A DNA stretch of 64,000 bases from Candidatus Omnitrophota bacterium (GTDB lineage: Bacteria; Omnitrophota; Gorgyraeia; Gygaellales; Profunditerraquicolaceae). This document shows, one piece after another, positions 1 to 9,324 of this stretch (the stretch's first letter is position 1; each line of letters begins with the position of its first letter). Location of the stretch: positions 64,318 to 128,317 of the forward strand of contig JBAZLM010000001.1 of assembly GCA_041650295.1 (NCBI GenBank), written 5' to 3'. Position numbers and translations under genes: made by a program. The notes under the pieces were generated by a model, which was not told the DNA's origin, made no database searches, and saw only the letters and a list, made by a program, of their open reading frames with translations.

Positions 1-247
1 CCGGACCCAATTCAACAGAAAGTAATTCATCGCTAAACTCTACTAGGTCCCCAACTTTTAACCCTTGAGTACTTTCATAAACTTGCATCTCTGCTTGATC
101 TGAGCGCACCCGAATAACCTCGGCTTTTAAACGTACCTGTCCACAAAGAATATAAGCAACTTCATTCTGGATGATACTACCCTGCACCTGGGCAGTCACC
201 ATGTTGGCATTAACTTTAACTACTTTTCCAGTTCTTTTATTTTCCAT
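1..247 (-). CDS. V-type ATP synthase catalytic subunit A, N-terminal fragment; gene runs off the window edge
   Basis: Reverse-complement translation from the ATG at 247..245 gives MENKRTGKVVKVNANMVTAQVQGSIIQNE, resembling V/A-ATPase A subunit N-termini; a GGTGA RBS lies just upstream; it follows the E subunit in an operon layout. Confidence 0.55.
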   Translation of the reverse strand, partial: MENKRTGKVVKVNANMVTAQVQGSIIQNEVAYILCGQVRLKAEVIRVRSDQAEMQVYESTQGLKVGDLVEFSDELLSVELGP

Positions 248-249
248 AA

Positions 250-774
250 TTAATTCACCAATACCCCATCATACAAATCTTCTTTATTTGCATTTTCTAC
301 TTTTTCCCAGCGTTCTAATATCTTAAGCTTCAAAGCATAGATCAATAATGCTTCAAAATCAAAATAATGTCCCAGCGTTAACTGATCTAAATAATTCCAT
401 CTCTCCTGATCTAGGATTTTTTCTGCTTCCAATGCATACAGATTATGCCGATGTGCCGACAAAGCAATAACGCTAATATGCGCCTGCGGAAAATCTGGCA
501 AACGTACATATTTTTCAGGATCAATTTTTTTATCTTTAGCTCTAATCCGCACTAATTCATTCTTAAGAGCTGTATCAAAATTTAACCAATCCTTAAGAAT
601 CCCCGCAGCAGAAATATCCAAAATACCACTACTTACATTACGTAATCGTAAAATATCTACTTCCGGAACTAGGTTTTGACATTTAGCAAAAAATTCTTCT
701 AGACTAAACGGCATATGCGAAGAAAAATTAAGCAATGGCAAGCTTGAAATTAAATATACATAATAACTGCTCAT
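250..774 (-). CDS. hypothetical protein within the V-ATPase operon (position of the DUF2764-like gene in E-x-A-B-D type operons)
   Basis: ORF of 174 aa lies between subunit E and subunit A, tightly packed; no motif recognised. Confidence 0.4.
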   Translation of the reverse strand: MSSYYVYLISSLPLLNFSSHMPFSLEEFFAKCQNLVPEVDILRLRNVSSGILDISAAGILKDWLNFDTALKNELVRIRAKDKKIDPEKYVRLPDFPQAHISVIALSAHRHNLYALEAEKILDQERWNYLDQLTLGHYFDFEALLIYALKLKILERWEKVENANKEDLYDGVLVN

Positions 775-779
775 TAATT

Positions 780-1379
780 TTAGCCTTCCAAAATTTTATT
801 TAACTCTGGCCTTAAGTTATCGGCCAAATATTGTATAAGCGCTTGATCACTAAAATCAAAAACAGACTTACTAGCATCAAAACTAATTACAAAACCACTT
901 TGAATACTATTTTGGGACTTTAACACTATTTGTTTCTTTGTTTCTTGCGCAATCTGTTTTAAAAATCCATTTTCTAATTTTTCCTTATCCTGCTGACTTA
1001 AAGAAACAATAATTTCAGAAGAATTAGTTAGCGGGGCATTTTTTATTAATGTTGCAATAATACCAGCCAAAACTTCTGCAGAAAGTGCCTGGCTTAACTC
1101 TACCTTAATCAAATTATTTAACATGGCGTTAATTTCTTTGCGTAGGCTAATCAGCAAATCCCGCCCGGCTTGTTTTAAAGAAGCCTGGGTAGAATCATCG
1201 AGTTTTTTGGCTTGCTCGACCGCTTTTTCTACAATTTGTTTAGCCTCTAACTTAGCTGTCTGAATTATTTTTTGAGCTAATAAATCGGCATCAGTTTTTA
1301 TTTGCGCAGCTTTTTCCTCGGCTATTTTAATTCCTTCCCGTTGAATTTTTGCAATTAAATCTTTAATTTCTTCTGCCAT
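780..1379 (-). CDS. V-type ATP synthase subunit E
   Basis: 199 aa, highly charged helical protein MAEEIKDLIAKIQREGIKIAEEKAAQIK typical of V/A-ATPase E subunits; operon context. Confidence 0.6.
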   Translation of the reverse strand: MAEEIKDLIAKIQREGIKIAEEKAAQIKTDADLLAQKIIQTAKLEAKQIVEKAVEQAKKLDDSTQASLKQAGRDLLISLRKEINAMLNNLIKVELSQALSAEVLAGIIATLIKNAPLTNSSEIIVSLSQQDKEKLENGFLKQIAQETKKQIVLKSQNSIQSGFVISFDASKSVFDFSDQALIQYLADNLRPELNKILEG

Positions 1380-2058
1380 GGAGATCTCCTAAAATTTCGT
1401 TTGCTGCCACTAAAGGATTGGCTGCCTTTAAAATTGGCCGGCCAATGACTAAAAAATTACTTCCGGCTTTTAGTGCTTCCGACACAGTTGCTGTTCTCTT
1501 CTGGTCATCTTTGGCACAACTTTCTGGTCTAATCCCTGGAGTAACGATAACAAATTTCTTTTTAATTTTGGTGCGCAGTTTTGCTGCTTCTTGGGCCGAA
1601 CAAACTACTCCGTCTAAACCCCAGGCAATGCCATTTTTAGCTAAAGAAAAAATTTCTTCAGGCCTAGCCTTTTTACTCGTCAAAACAGTAACCCCAATTA
1701 ATAAAGGACGGGTCGTTTTAGAAATCTTTGCTTGGTTTTTAGCCGCATTTACCGCCGCCTCAACCATGGCTTGATCACCTGAGATATGCAAAGTTAACAT
1801 CTTTACCTTAAGCCGCACCGCCGAAGCTACTGCTTGGGCCACGGTATTAGGAATATCATAATACTTCAGGTCTAAAAATACCTGTGCCCCTTTTTTGTGT
1901 AGCAGCTGAATAATCTTGGGTCCATAAGCAGTAAAGAGATGACTACCTACTTTAAAAATTTTTATTTTAGGGTACAGTAGATTAACCAAACGCTTAGCTT
2001 GCGCTAAGGTATTTACATCTAGGGCTAAAATTATTTGAGAGTTACTTACTCTTTGCAC
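1363..2058 (-). CDS. pyrF: orotidine 5'-phosphate decarboxylase
   Basis: 231 aa; ILALDV, KVG and DLKYYDIPNTV motifs of OMP decarboxylase; pyr gene neighbourhood. Confidence 0.85.
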   Translation of the reverse strand: MQRVSNSQIILALDVNTLAQAKRLVNLLYPKIKIFKVGSHLFTAYGPKIIQLLHKKGAQVFLDLKYYDIPNTVAQAVASAVRLKVKMLTLHISGDQAMVEAAVNAAKNQAKISKTTRPLLIGVTVLTSKKARPEEIFSLAKNGIAWGLDGVVCSAQEAAKLRTKIKKKFVIVTPGIRPESCAKDDQKRTATVSEALKAGSNFLVIGRPILKAANPLVAANEILGDLHGRRN

Positions 2059-2978
2059 GCTTTTAATCTTCCGATAAGATTATCTAAATTCTGAATATTA
2101 TGTTCGACCATATACTGTTTTAACCCTAAAATAATCTCTAAGCTCACTTTAGGATTAATAAAATTAGCAGTCCCTACGCTAATAGCGGTTGCTCCAGCAA
2201 TAAAAAACTCCAAAGCACTTTGAGTGTCCATTATACCACCCATCCCGATAATAGGAATCTTAATTTTATTATAACTCTCCCAGACCATCTTAATGGCTAC
2301 CGGTCTGATCGCCGCTCCGCTTAATCCACCAACCCAGGCCCCCAACTTTGGAGTACGCTGATTAACATCAATACTCATTCCACTCAAAGTATTAATTAAG
2401 GCCAACGCATCACTACCGCCATCTTGAGCAGCAATTGCAATTTCGCTAATCGAAGTCACATTAGGCGATAATTTAGTAATTAAACATTTTTGTGTAACCT
2501 TGCGCACCATACTCACTAATTCAAAAGTATCTTTGGCATCTTGAGAAACTAATTTATTTTTTTGCAAATTAGGACAAGAGATATTTAATTCAATCGCCGC
2601 TACTGTATCAATTTTATCTAAGCGATTAGTTAAATTTAAAAACTCATCTAAATTTTCTTCTGCAGCAATACTCACAATAATCGGAACGGATAATTTTGCT
2701 AAATAAGGAAGTTTCTCTTGAAGAAATTTATCAATACCAGGATTCTCTAATCCAATAGAATTAAGCATGCCAGCAGGAGTCTCGCAAGTACGGGGAGGAA
2801 TATTTCCGTGGCGTGGTTTAAGTGTAATGGTTTTAGTAACAATTGCTCCCAATTTCTTTAAATCCATAAAATCTTTAAATTCTTCTGCATAACCAAAAGT
2901 TCCACTGGCCACCATCACCGGATTTTTTAATTCCAATCTTCCCAGATTAACGCTTAAATTAGGCTTAATTTTTACCAT
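2046..2978 (-). CDS. pyrD: dihydroorotate dehydrogenase catalytic subunit (class 1B)
   Basis: 310 aa; LKNPVMVASGTFG N-terminus; start overlaps pyrK stop. Confidence 0.9.
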   Translation of the reverse strand: MVKIKPNLSVNLGRLELKNPVMVASGTFGYAEEFKDFMDLKKLGAIVTKTITLKPRHGNIPPRTCETPAGMLNSIGLENPGIDKFLQEKLPYLAKLSVPIIVSIAAEENLDEFLNLTNRLDKIDTVAAIELNISCPNLQKNKLVSQDAKDTFELVSMVRKVTQKCLITKLSPNVTSISEIAIAAQDGGSDALALINTLSGMSIDVNQRTPKLGAWVGGLSGAAIRPVAIKMVWESYNKIKIPIIGMGGIMDTQSALEFFIAGATAISVGTANFINPKVSLEIILGLKQYMVEHNIQNLDNLIGRLKACKE

Positions 2979-3742
2979 GTTAGCTCCTGAGCAGAAAATA
3001 CCGGGCCATCTTTACAAACTCGTTGATACCCTGACTTGGTTGAAACTACACAACCTAAACAAACACCAATTCCACAAGCCATATGCGACTCTAAAGAAAG
3101 TTGCGCATTTATTTTATTGTTCTGAGCAATTGCACTAACTGCTTTTAACATCGCAGTAGGACCGCAAGAAAAAATCTCTGAAAATTTGTCTTGGGTTAAA
3201 ATAAGTTTTAATAGATCTGTAACCTTACCCTTAAATCCTTGTGAGCCATCGTCAGTAGCCAACTGGACTTTACAACCCAGGGCCTTAAATTCTGACGCAC
3301 AGAGAATTTGCTTTTTAGTTCTGGCACCAATTAAAACGAGTGGTTTTTGCAATTTTTTTGCTAAAAATACTAACGGGGCAACCCCCATTCCTCCGGCAAT
3401 TAAAATATTTTTACTGTTTAAAGTTTTACTGGTTTTAGAATAAGTAAACCCGTTACCTAGAGGCCCAATTAAATCTAAGTATTCACCAGACTTTCTAGTC
3501 GACAAGATCTGTGTACCGGGACCTAATATTTGATAAAAAAGTTTTATCTTATTAGCCTCTACTTGATGAATACTGATCGGGCGACGCAACAAAGGTTCTA
3601 AACCGGTATTAACTTTAATATTTACAAACTGCCCAGCTAGAGCATTTTTAGCAATTAAACTAGACTCAAATACTAGATGCCAATAATTATCTTGATATTT
3701 TTTATTAGATATAATTTTAACTTTATTTTGAAATGTTTTCAT
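2972..3742 (-). CDS. pyrK: dihydroorotate dehydrogenase electron-transfer subunit (FAD/2Fe-2S)
   Basis: 256 aa; FAD/NAD-binding motifs and C-terminal Cys cluster CGIGVCLGCVV. Confidence 0.85.
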   Translation of the reverse strand: MKTFQNKVKIISNKKYQDNYWHLVFESSLIAKNALAGQFVNIKVNTGLEPLLRRPISIHQVEANKIKLFYQILGPGTQILSTRKSGEYLDLIGPLGNGFTYSKTSKTLNSKNILIAGGMGVAPLVFLAKKLQKPLVLIGARTKKQILCASEFKALGCKVQLATDDGSQGFKGKVTDLLKLILTQDKFSEIFSCGPTAMLKAVSAIAQNNKINAQLSLESHMACGIGVCLGCVVSTKSGYQRVCKDGPVFSAQELTW

Positions 3743-4424
3743 GATTTTTACTCGTCCATTTACTTAATAAAATTACAAAAATAGCAAACAAAGCAAAAGT
3801 TAAAACTAGCCAGGCTAATTGTTGAAAATACACTCTTAAGCCATTCGTGGCAATATCTTCCCATGACTCAACTAATAAAATTAACAAAAGCAAGGTCGAC
3901 ATCGAGCCAATTTCTTTTTGAAACCAGGCAAGCTTAATTGGCAGATAAGCACTAATATCTAATTTTATAAGAGTCAAAAGAGAAGGAAATATTCGCGGGA
4001 CTTTTTTGCAATATTCCTTATAACTTCCTGGAAAAATAGCCGATAGCTTAGCTTCCTCTTTATAAATTAGTAATAGATAGCGAATAATAAAAACGATAAG
4101 AAAAATGATTACCGCCCACCATTGAAAAATAGCCAAAACTACTCCTAGGCCAATCAGAAATATTCCTAAATACATCGGATTACGCACCACTTGATATGGC
4201 CCGCCCTGAATTAAAGCCTGGCTCTCTTGAGAGTTCTCCGCTTTATAACCGCGCGCAGAAACCCGAATAATCTGACCTAAAAAAATTAACGCAAACCCCA
4301 ATAGCTCCACCGCTTCCTCCCAGAATCCTCCGGAATACCGGCGAATAAATACTCTAGGGAAAAATACAATAATCAATGCCGCAATCCCCATAATAATTCC
4401 ATTAATCTTAAGCCTTTTCTTCAT
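3723..4424 (-). CDS. membrane methyltransferase family protein (ICMT/PEMT-like)
   Basis: Multi-TM 233 aa protein with VVRNPMYLGIFLIGLG motif typical of isoprenylcysteine carboxyl / phospholipid methyltransferase family. Confidence 0.5.
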   Translation of the reverse strand: MKKRLKINGIIMGIAALIIVFFPRVFIRRYSGGFWEEAVELLGFALIFLGQIIRVSARGYKAENSQESQALIQGGPYQVVRNPMYLGIFLIGLGVVLAIFQWWAVIIFLIVFIIRYLLLIYKEEAKLSAIFPGSYKEYCKKVPRIFPSLLTLIKLDISAYLPIKLAWFQKEIGSMSTLLLLILLVESWEDIATNGLRVYFQQLAWLVLTFALFAIFVILLSKWTSKNHENISK

Positions 4425-4427
4425 AAA

Positions 4428-5228
4428 TTATTTTTGGCACTTATCACAAAAATAAGTACCCCTTCCCCCTTGAGTAAAACGTTTAATTGGATGATGACAA
4501 ACTAAACATGGCTGTTTATCTCGACCGTAAACTTGATGAAAACGCGCATAGTCTCCATTCTTTCCAGAAACCCGCACATAATCATCCACCGAAGAACCAC
4601 CATGTTGAATTGCCTTGGTTAATACTTTTTTTGTTTCCTTGTACAAACTTTCTGTTTCTTTACTACTCAAACTTTGCGCCACGCGCTCAGGATTAATCCG
4701 AGCATGAAATAAAATCTCTGCCGCATAAATATTGCCAATCCCAGAGATAAACGATTGGTCTAAAAGTAGTGGTTTAATTTTAGTTTTTCTTTTTAAAAGC
4801 ATAGCTTTAAAGTCAGCAGAAGTCAAATCAAAAGGCTCTGGGCCCAAGCCTTGCACAAACTTTAACTTTTTCCAATCCTTAACCAAGCGCAACTCGCCAA
4901 ATAAACGATGATCATTAAAATCTAAGATACTGCCATCCGACAGATGAAACGCTAAACGACTTTTCTCTGAGCCACCCGGATAAACTAGTTGTCCGGTCAT
5001 CTTAAGATGTACCGTTAAGAACAAACCATTGGATAACTCTAAAATCAATAATTTTGCTCGACGTAAAACATTTCTTATTGTTTGACCTTCTAAAGATTTT
5101 TTAAATTGTAAAGGTGCCGGCTCCCTAATTACCTTGGGATTATTAATTGCTACTTTAATAATTTTTTTACCGATGATTACCTTAGAAAGATCCTGTTTAA
5201 TAGTTTCTACTTCTGGAAGCTCAGGCAT
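4428..5228 (-). CDS. mutM: formamidopyrimidine-DNA glycosylase
   Basis: MPELPEVETI N-terminus with catalytic Pro2/Glu3; C-terminal zinc finger CxxC...CxxC. Confidence 0.85.
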   Translation of the reverse strand: MPELPEVETIKQDLSKVIIGKKIIKVAINNPKVIREPAPLQFKKSLEGQTIRNVLRRAKLLILELSNGLFLTVHLKMTGQLVYPGGSEKSRLAFHLSDGSILDFNDHRLFGELRLVKDWKKLKFVQGLGPEPFDLTSADFKAMLLKRKTKIKPLLLDQSFISGIGNIYAAEILFHARINPERVAQSLSSKETESLYKETKKVLTKAIQHGGSSVDDYVRVSGKNGDYARFHQVYGRDKQPCLVCHHPIKRFTQGGRGTYFCDKCQK

Positions 5229-5230
5229 AA

Positions 5231-6802
5231 TTATTTTTTAATTTTCTTTCCCTTAACTTTATAGTACTCTTGCAAACATTTCACTTTTAACTTTTTCTTT
5301 AATAAAACTTCAATTCCGCTTACCGTAGCTTGTGCACCAAAAATTGTTGTAGTATAAGGTATGGCGTTTAAAATAACCTGAGAACGTATCTTTACTTCAT
5401 CTAAATGTGGAATTCTTCCCGAAGGAGTATTAATCACCAACTGTATCTTGCCGGCTTTCATTAAATCCAAAACATTAGGGCTGCCTTCTGAAATTTTCGG
5501 TAAAACCTTAGAAGCAACTTTACTTTTTGCCAACACCATTGCAGTTCCGCTGGAGGCATAAATTTTAAAACCTAAATCCTTAAACTTTTTAGCAATTAAA
5601 ATAATATTACGCTTATCTCGATCGTTAACTGAAATAAATACATTGCCTCTTTTAGGTAATTTTTGACCAGCGGCCAACTGACTCTTAATATAAGCCTGAC
5701 CAAAATCAGCATCGATACCCATAACTTCACCGGTTGATTTCATCTCCGGACCTAAAATAATATCTACTCCCGGGAAACGATTAAAAGGAAAAACTGATTC
5801 TTTAATCGCCACATGCTTAGGAATAATTTCTTTAATAAATTTTAAATCTTTTAATTTTTTTCCTAACATCGCTTTGGTCGCTAAATTGACCAAAGGAACT
5901 CCAATAACTTTAGAAACAAACGGCACTGTGCGCGAAGCACGCGGATTAACTTCTAAAATATAAACTTTTCCGTCTTTAACGGCATATTGTACATTCATTA
6001 AACCCACTACATGTAATTCTTTAGCCATATGCACCGTTGCCTGACGAATTTTATTAAGTATCTCCTCTGATAATGTGTAAGTGGGCAAAGACATCGCCGC
6101 ATCTCCAGAGTGCACTCCGGCCTGCTCAATGTGTTCCATAATCCCGCCAATAATAAAATCTTTTCCATCACCCACTAAATCTACATCTACCTCAATGGCA
6201 TCCTCTAAAAATTTATCTACCAAAACAGGATGGTCACCGGAAACTGCCGCCGCTTCTTTAATAAATTTTTCCAAAACCTGTTCATCGTAAGCAATCTCCA
6301 TGGCTCGACCACCTAAAACATAGGAAGGACGCACCAAAACCGGATAGCCAATACGATTTGCTACTTCTTTAGCTTGTTCAAAATTAAATGCCGTTCCATT
6401 AACTGGTTGTAGAAGTCCTAACTTATCCAACATTAATTTAAAACGCTTACGGTCTTCGGCGATATCAATACTATCTGCGCTAGTTCCCAAAACCCGTACC
6501 CCTGCTTTAAGCAAAGGTACTGCTAAATTAAGCGGAGTTTGGCCGCCAAATTGCACAATTACTCCTAACGGTTTTTCTCTTTCAATAATATTTATGATAT
6601 CTTCAAAAGTTAACGGTTCAAAATACAATTTATCTGAAGTATCATAATCAGTAGAAACGGTCTCCGGGTTACAGTTAACCATAATGCTCTCTATTCCTTC
6701 TTCCCGCAAGGCATATGCAGCGTGGCAACAACAGTAATCAAACTCAATTCCTTGCCCGATTCTATTGGGTCCACCTCCTAAAATAATGACTTTTTTCTTC
6801 AT
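5231..6802 (-). CDS. carB: carbamoyl-phosphate synthase large-subunit homologue, half-size (C-terminal ATP-grasp carbamoyl-phosphate domain plus MGS-like allosteric domain only)
   Basis: 523 aa beginning KKVIILGGGPNRIGQGIEFDYCCCHA (second-half signature FDYCC) and ending with an MGS-like domain; about half the canonical ~1070 aa. Confidence 0.8.
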   Translation of the reverse strand: MKKKVIILGGGPNRIGQGIEFDYCCCHAAYALREEGIESIMVNCNPETVSTDYDTSDKLYFEPLTFEDIINIIEREKPLGVIVQFGGQTPLNLAVPLLKAGVRVLGTSADSIDIAEDRKRFKLMLDKLGLLQPVNGTAFNFEQAKEVANRIGYPVLVRPSYVLGGRAMEIAYDEQVLEKFIKEAAAVSGDHPVLVDKFLEDAIEVDVDLVGDGKDFIIGGIMEHIEQAGVHSGDAAMSLPTYTLSEEILNKIRQATVHMAKELHVVGLMNVQYAVKDGKVYILEVNPRASRTVPFVSKVIGVPLVNLATKAMLGKKLKDLKFIKEIIPKHVAIKESVFPFNRFPGVDIILGPEMKSTGEVMGIDADFGQAYIKSQLAAGQKLPKRGNVFISVNDRDKRNIILIAKKFKDLGFKIYASSGTAMVLAKSKVASKVLPKISEGSPNVLDLMKAGKIQLVINTPSGRIPHLDEVKIRSQVILNAIPYTTTIFGAQATVSGIEVLLKKKLKVKCLQEYYKVKGKKIKK

Positions 6803-6870
6803 TTTACTCCACTTTTTAGCTTTATTTGACTACTTTATGGGTTAATTGCTCCATTTCCCTATTTTTGCTT

Positions 6871-6969
6871 ATTTTGCCCCTGACAGGAATTGAGCACTCA
6901 CCTTATCTAGCGAAACACTGTCGAGCGCAGCGAGACAGTGTCGAACCTTCGATTTCCTGTCACTTATTT
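6871..6969. repeat. tRNA-Arg-associated insertion: 23-nt direct duplicate of the tRNA-Arg 3' end plus trailer, a ~51-nt hairpin insert (TGAGCAC...CGAAA-stem-GAGCGCAGCGA-stem) and an inverted copy of the T-arm
   Basis: cttattttgcccctgacaggaat occurs at 6868-6890 and 6963-6985; between them is the hairpin CACTGTC-GAGCGCAGCGA-GACAGTG; same insert family as 60687-60860. Confidence 0.6.
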
Positions 6970-7041
6970 TGCCCCTGACAGGAATCGAACCTGTACCACC
7001 AGCTTCGGAGGCTGATGCGCTATCCGTTGCGCTACAGGGGC
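6970..7041 (-). tRNA. tRNA-Arg (anticodon CCG)
   Basis: Reverse complement folds as a cloverleaf: acceptor GCCCCTG/CAGGGGC, anticodon loop CTCCGAA, T-loop TTCGATT; no encoded CCA. Confidence 0.8.
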
Positions 7042-7048
7042 ATAAAAA

Positions 7049-8395
7049 TTATTTAACCTGATATACAATTTTTCCATTAAAGATTGTATATTCAACTAAC
7101 CCTTTTACGGTTTTACCAATAAACGGTGAATTGTGAGATTTAGAAAGAATTTTCTTCTTTTCTATCACAAATTCCCTGTGCGCATCGATAATAATTATAT
7201 CTGCGTCAGCATCAACGCCTAAAGTACCTTTATTAATTCCTAAAATCCTGGCTGGATTTAAGGCTAATTTCTCAACCAACTCTGACCAACTTAATATATT
7301 TTTATCAATTAGCTCCATGACACTCACAGATAACCCTGACTCTAGTCCAATTTTTCCAAACTCCGCGCGATCAAACTCAATCTCCTTTTCATTCTCTGTA
7401 TGTGGAGCATGGTCTGAGGCAATTACATCTATAATCTTATTTTTTAATCCATCTTTTATCGCCGCTAAATCTTTTTTAGTGCGCAGAGGTGGATTAATTT
7501 TCATATTTGTATCATAATCGATTATATCATCTTCAGTTAAAGCAAAATAATGCGGAGCAGTTTCACAGGTCACTTTAATTTCTTTTTGTTTAGCCGCAGC
7601 AATAATCTCTATGGATTCCTGGCAGCTTACGTGGGCAATATGCACCGCTGACCCAGACTTTTGCCCCAAATCAATATCACGCGCTACTCGCTTATATTCT
7701 GATTCATTGGATATCCCACGTAAACCCAAGCGCGTAGAATTAAACCCTAAATTAATTACGCCTTTTTGTGTTAATTTTTTATCTTCACAATGGCAAATGG
7801 TTAAAACCCCCGCTCCTTTGGCATCTTTTAAAGCTTGCAACATAATACTATCGTTATCTACAGAAGCTCCATCATCGGAAATAGCCAAAGCGCCAGCTTG
7901 TTTTAATGCCGCAATATCATTTAATTGGTTTCCTAGACGATCTTTAGTAATTGCTCCACAAACTAACACATTAACTTTAGCATCATTTTTAATTATTTTT
8001 TGTAACAGAGCGATACTTTCTGGACAATCCATCGCCGGTTGAGTGTTGGGCATGGCTAACACAGTAGTCACGCCACCTTTAGCAGCAGCCGCTGTGGCAC
8101 TAGCTACGGTTTCTTTGTCTTCTCTTCCAGGTTCGCGCAAATGCACATGCATATCAACAATTCCCGGGGCGACAATTTTATTTTCCGCATTAATTACAGT
8201 GGCATCGCTAGATATAATATTTTTAGCCACTTTAGAAATTTTATTACCTTCAATTAAAATATCTAAAACTGCGTCAATTTTATTTGCCGGATCAATTACG
8301 CGACCACCTTTTATCAAAATACTTGCCCCGTTAGAAATAGGTTGTCGCTGACAACCGCTGGGCATCTCTTCTATTTTATTTCTAATGGGGCTCAT
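7049..8395 (-). CDS. pyrC: dihydroorotase
   Basis: 448 aa; VDMHVHLREPG metal-binding motif; follows pyrB. Confidence 0.85.
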   Translation of the reverse strand: MSPIRNKIEEMPSGCQRQPISNGASILIKGGRVIDPANKIDAVLDILIEGNKISKVAKNIISSDATVINAENKIVAPGIVDMHVHLREPGREDKETVASATAAAAKGGVTTVLAMPNTQPAMDCPESIALLQKIIKNDAKVNVLVCGAITKDRLGNQLNDIAALKQAGALAISDDGASVDNDSIMLQALKDAKGAGVLTICHCEDKKLTQKGVINLGFNSTRLGLRGISNESEYKRVARDIDLGQKSGSAVHIAHVSCQESIEIIAAAKQKEIKVTCETAPHYFALTEDDIIDYDTNMKINPPLRTKKDLAAIKDGLKNKIIDVIASDHAPHTENEKEIEFDRAEFGKIGLESGLSVSVMELIDKNILSWSELVEKLALNPARILGINKGTLGVDADADIIIIDAHREFVIEKKKILSKSHNSPFIGKTVKGLVEYTIFNGKIVYQVK

Positions 8396-9324
8396 TTTTT
8401 CGCTTCCTTAGCTTGGCTGACTAAATATAAAACCGCCATTCGCACCGCAATCCCGTTAGTTACCTGCTCTAAAATTACCGAATTAGCTCCGTCAGCCACC
8501 TCGCTAGACATCTCAATCCCTCGATTAATCGGACCCGGATGCATTACCACAATATCTTTTTTAGCTTTGGCCAATCTTTCTTCGGTAATCCCAAATTTTT
8601 TAAAATAATCTAGTTGTGCTGGGAAAGCCGTACCTTCATCGCGCTCAAATTGCATCCTTAAAACATTTACAGCGTCGGATTTTTTTAGAACCTCATCTAA
8701 ATTGCTAGAAGTTTTGGCTCCGGTTAATTCTATCCCTACTGGCAATAAGATCTCTGGAGCACAAACCGTAACATTAGCTCCTAACTTAGTTAAACCCCAA
8801 ATATTAGAACGCGCCACACGAGAATGTGCAATATCGCCGACAATCGCTACATTTAATCCTTTAATTTTTCCTAATTTTTCTTTTAAAGTAAACATATCCA
8901 ATAAAGCTTGGGTAGGATGTTCATGCCAACCGTCTCCGGCATTAACCACGCTAATATCTAGAGCTCGCGCCAACATATTGGCCGCCCCTGAATAGTTGTG
9001 GCGCATTATAATAATATCAGCTTTTAAGGCTTGAATATTTTTCCCAGTATCAATTAAAGTCTCGCCTTTGCGCACACTAGAAGTCTCTGTGGAGATATTA
9101 ATAACATCAGCAGAAAGTCGTTTTGCGGCTACCTCAAAAGATACGCGGGTACGCGTCGATGGTTCATAGAAAAGATTAACGGCGGTTTTTCCGCGCAGTG
9201 CAGGAACTTTTTTAATTTCCCGGGTCGAGACTTCTTTAAATGATTCAGCAGTGTCTAAGATTAACTCAATCTCTTCGCTAGTTAAATACTCTAAACCTAA
9301 AAGATCTTTCTTGGTCCAGACCAT
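8392..9324 (-). CDS. pyrB: aspartate carbamoyltransferase catalytic subunit
   Basis: 310 aa; STRTR and HPTQ motifs. Confidence 0.9.
   Translation of the reverse strand: MVWTKKDLLGLEYLTSEEIELILDTAESFKEVSTREIKKVPALRGKTAVNLFYEPSTRTRVSFEVAAKRLSADVINISTETSSVRKGETLIDTGKNIQALKADIIIMRHNYSGAANMLARALDISVVNAGDGWHEHPTQALLDMFTLKEKLGKIKGLNVAIVGDIAHSRVARSNIWGLTKLGANVTVCAPEILLPVGIELTGAKTSSNLDEVLKKSDAVNVLRMQFERDEGTAFPAQLDYFKKFGITEERLAKAKKDIVVMHPGPINRGIEMSSEVADGANSVILEQVTNGIAVRMAVLYLVSQAKEAKK

Noticed and set aside
1418-1774. 118-aa plus-strand ORF inside pyrF
   Set aside because: Antisense to pyrF, which has clear OMP decarboxylase motifs; many similar antisense ORFs occur inside gyrA, gyrB, dnaA, pyrC, the giant gene and others, and were all discarded
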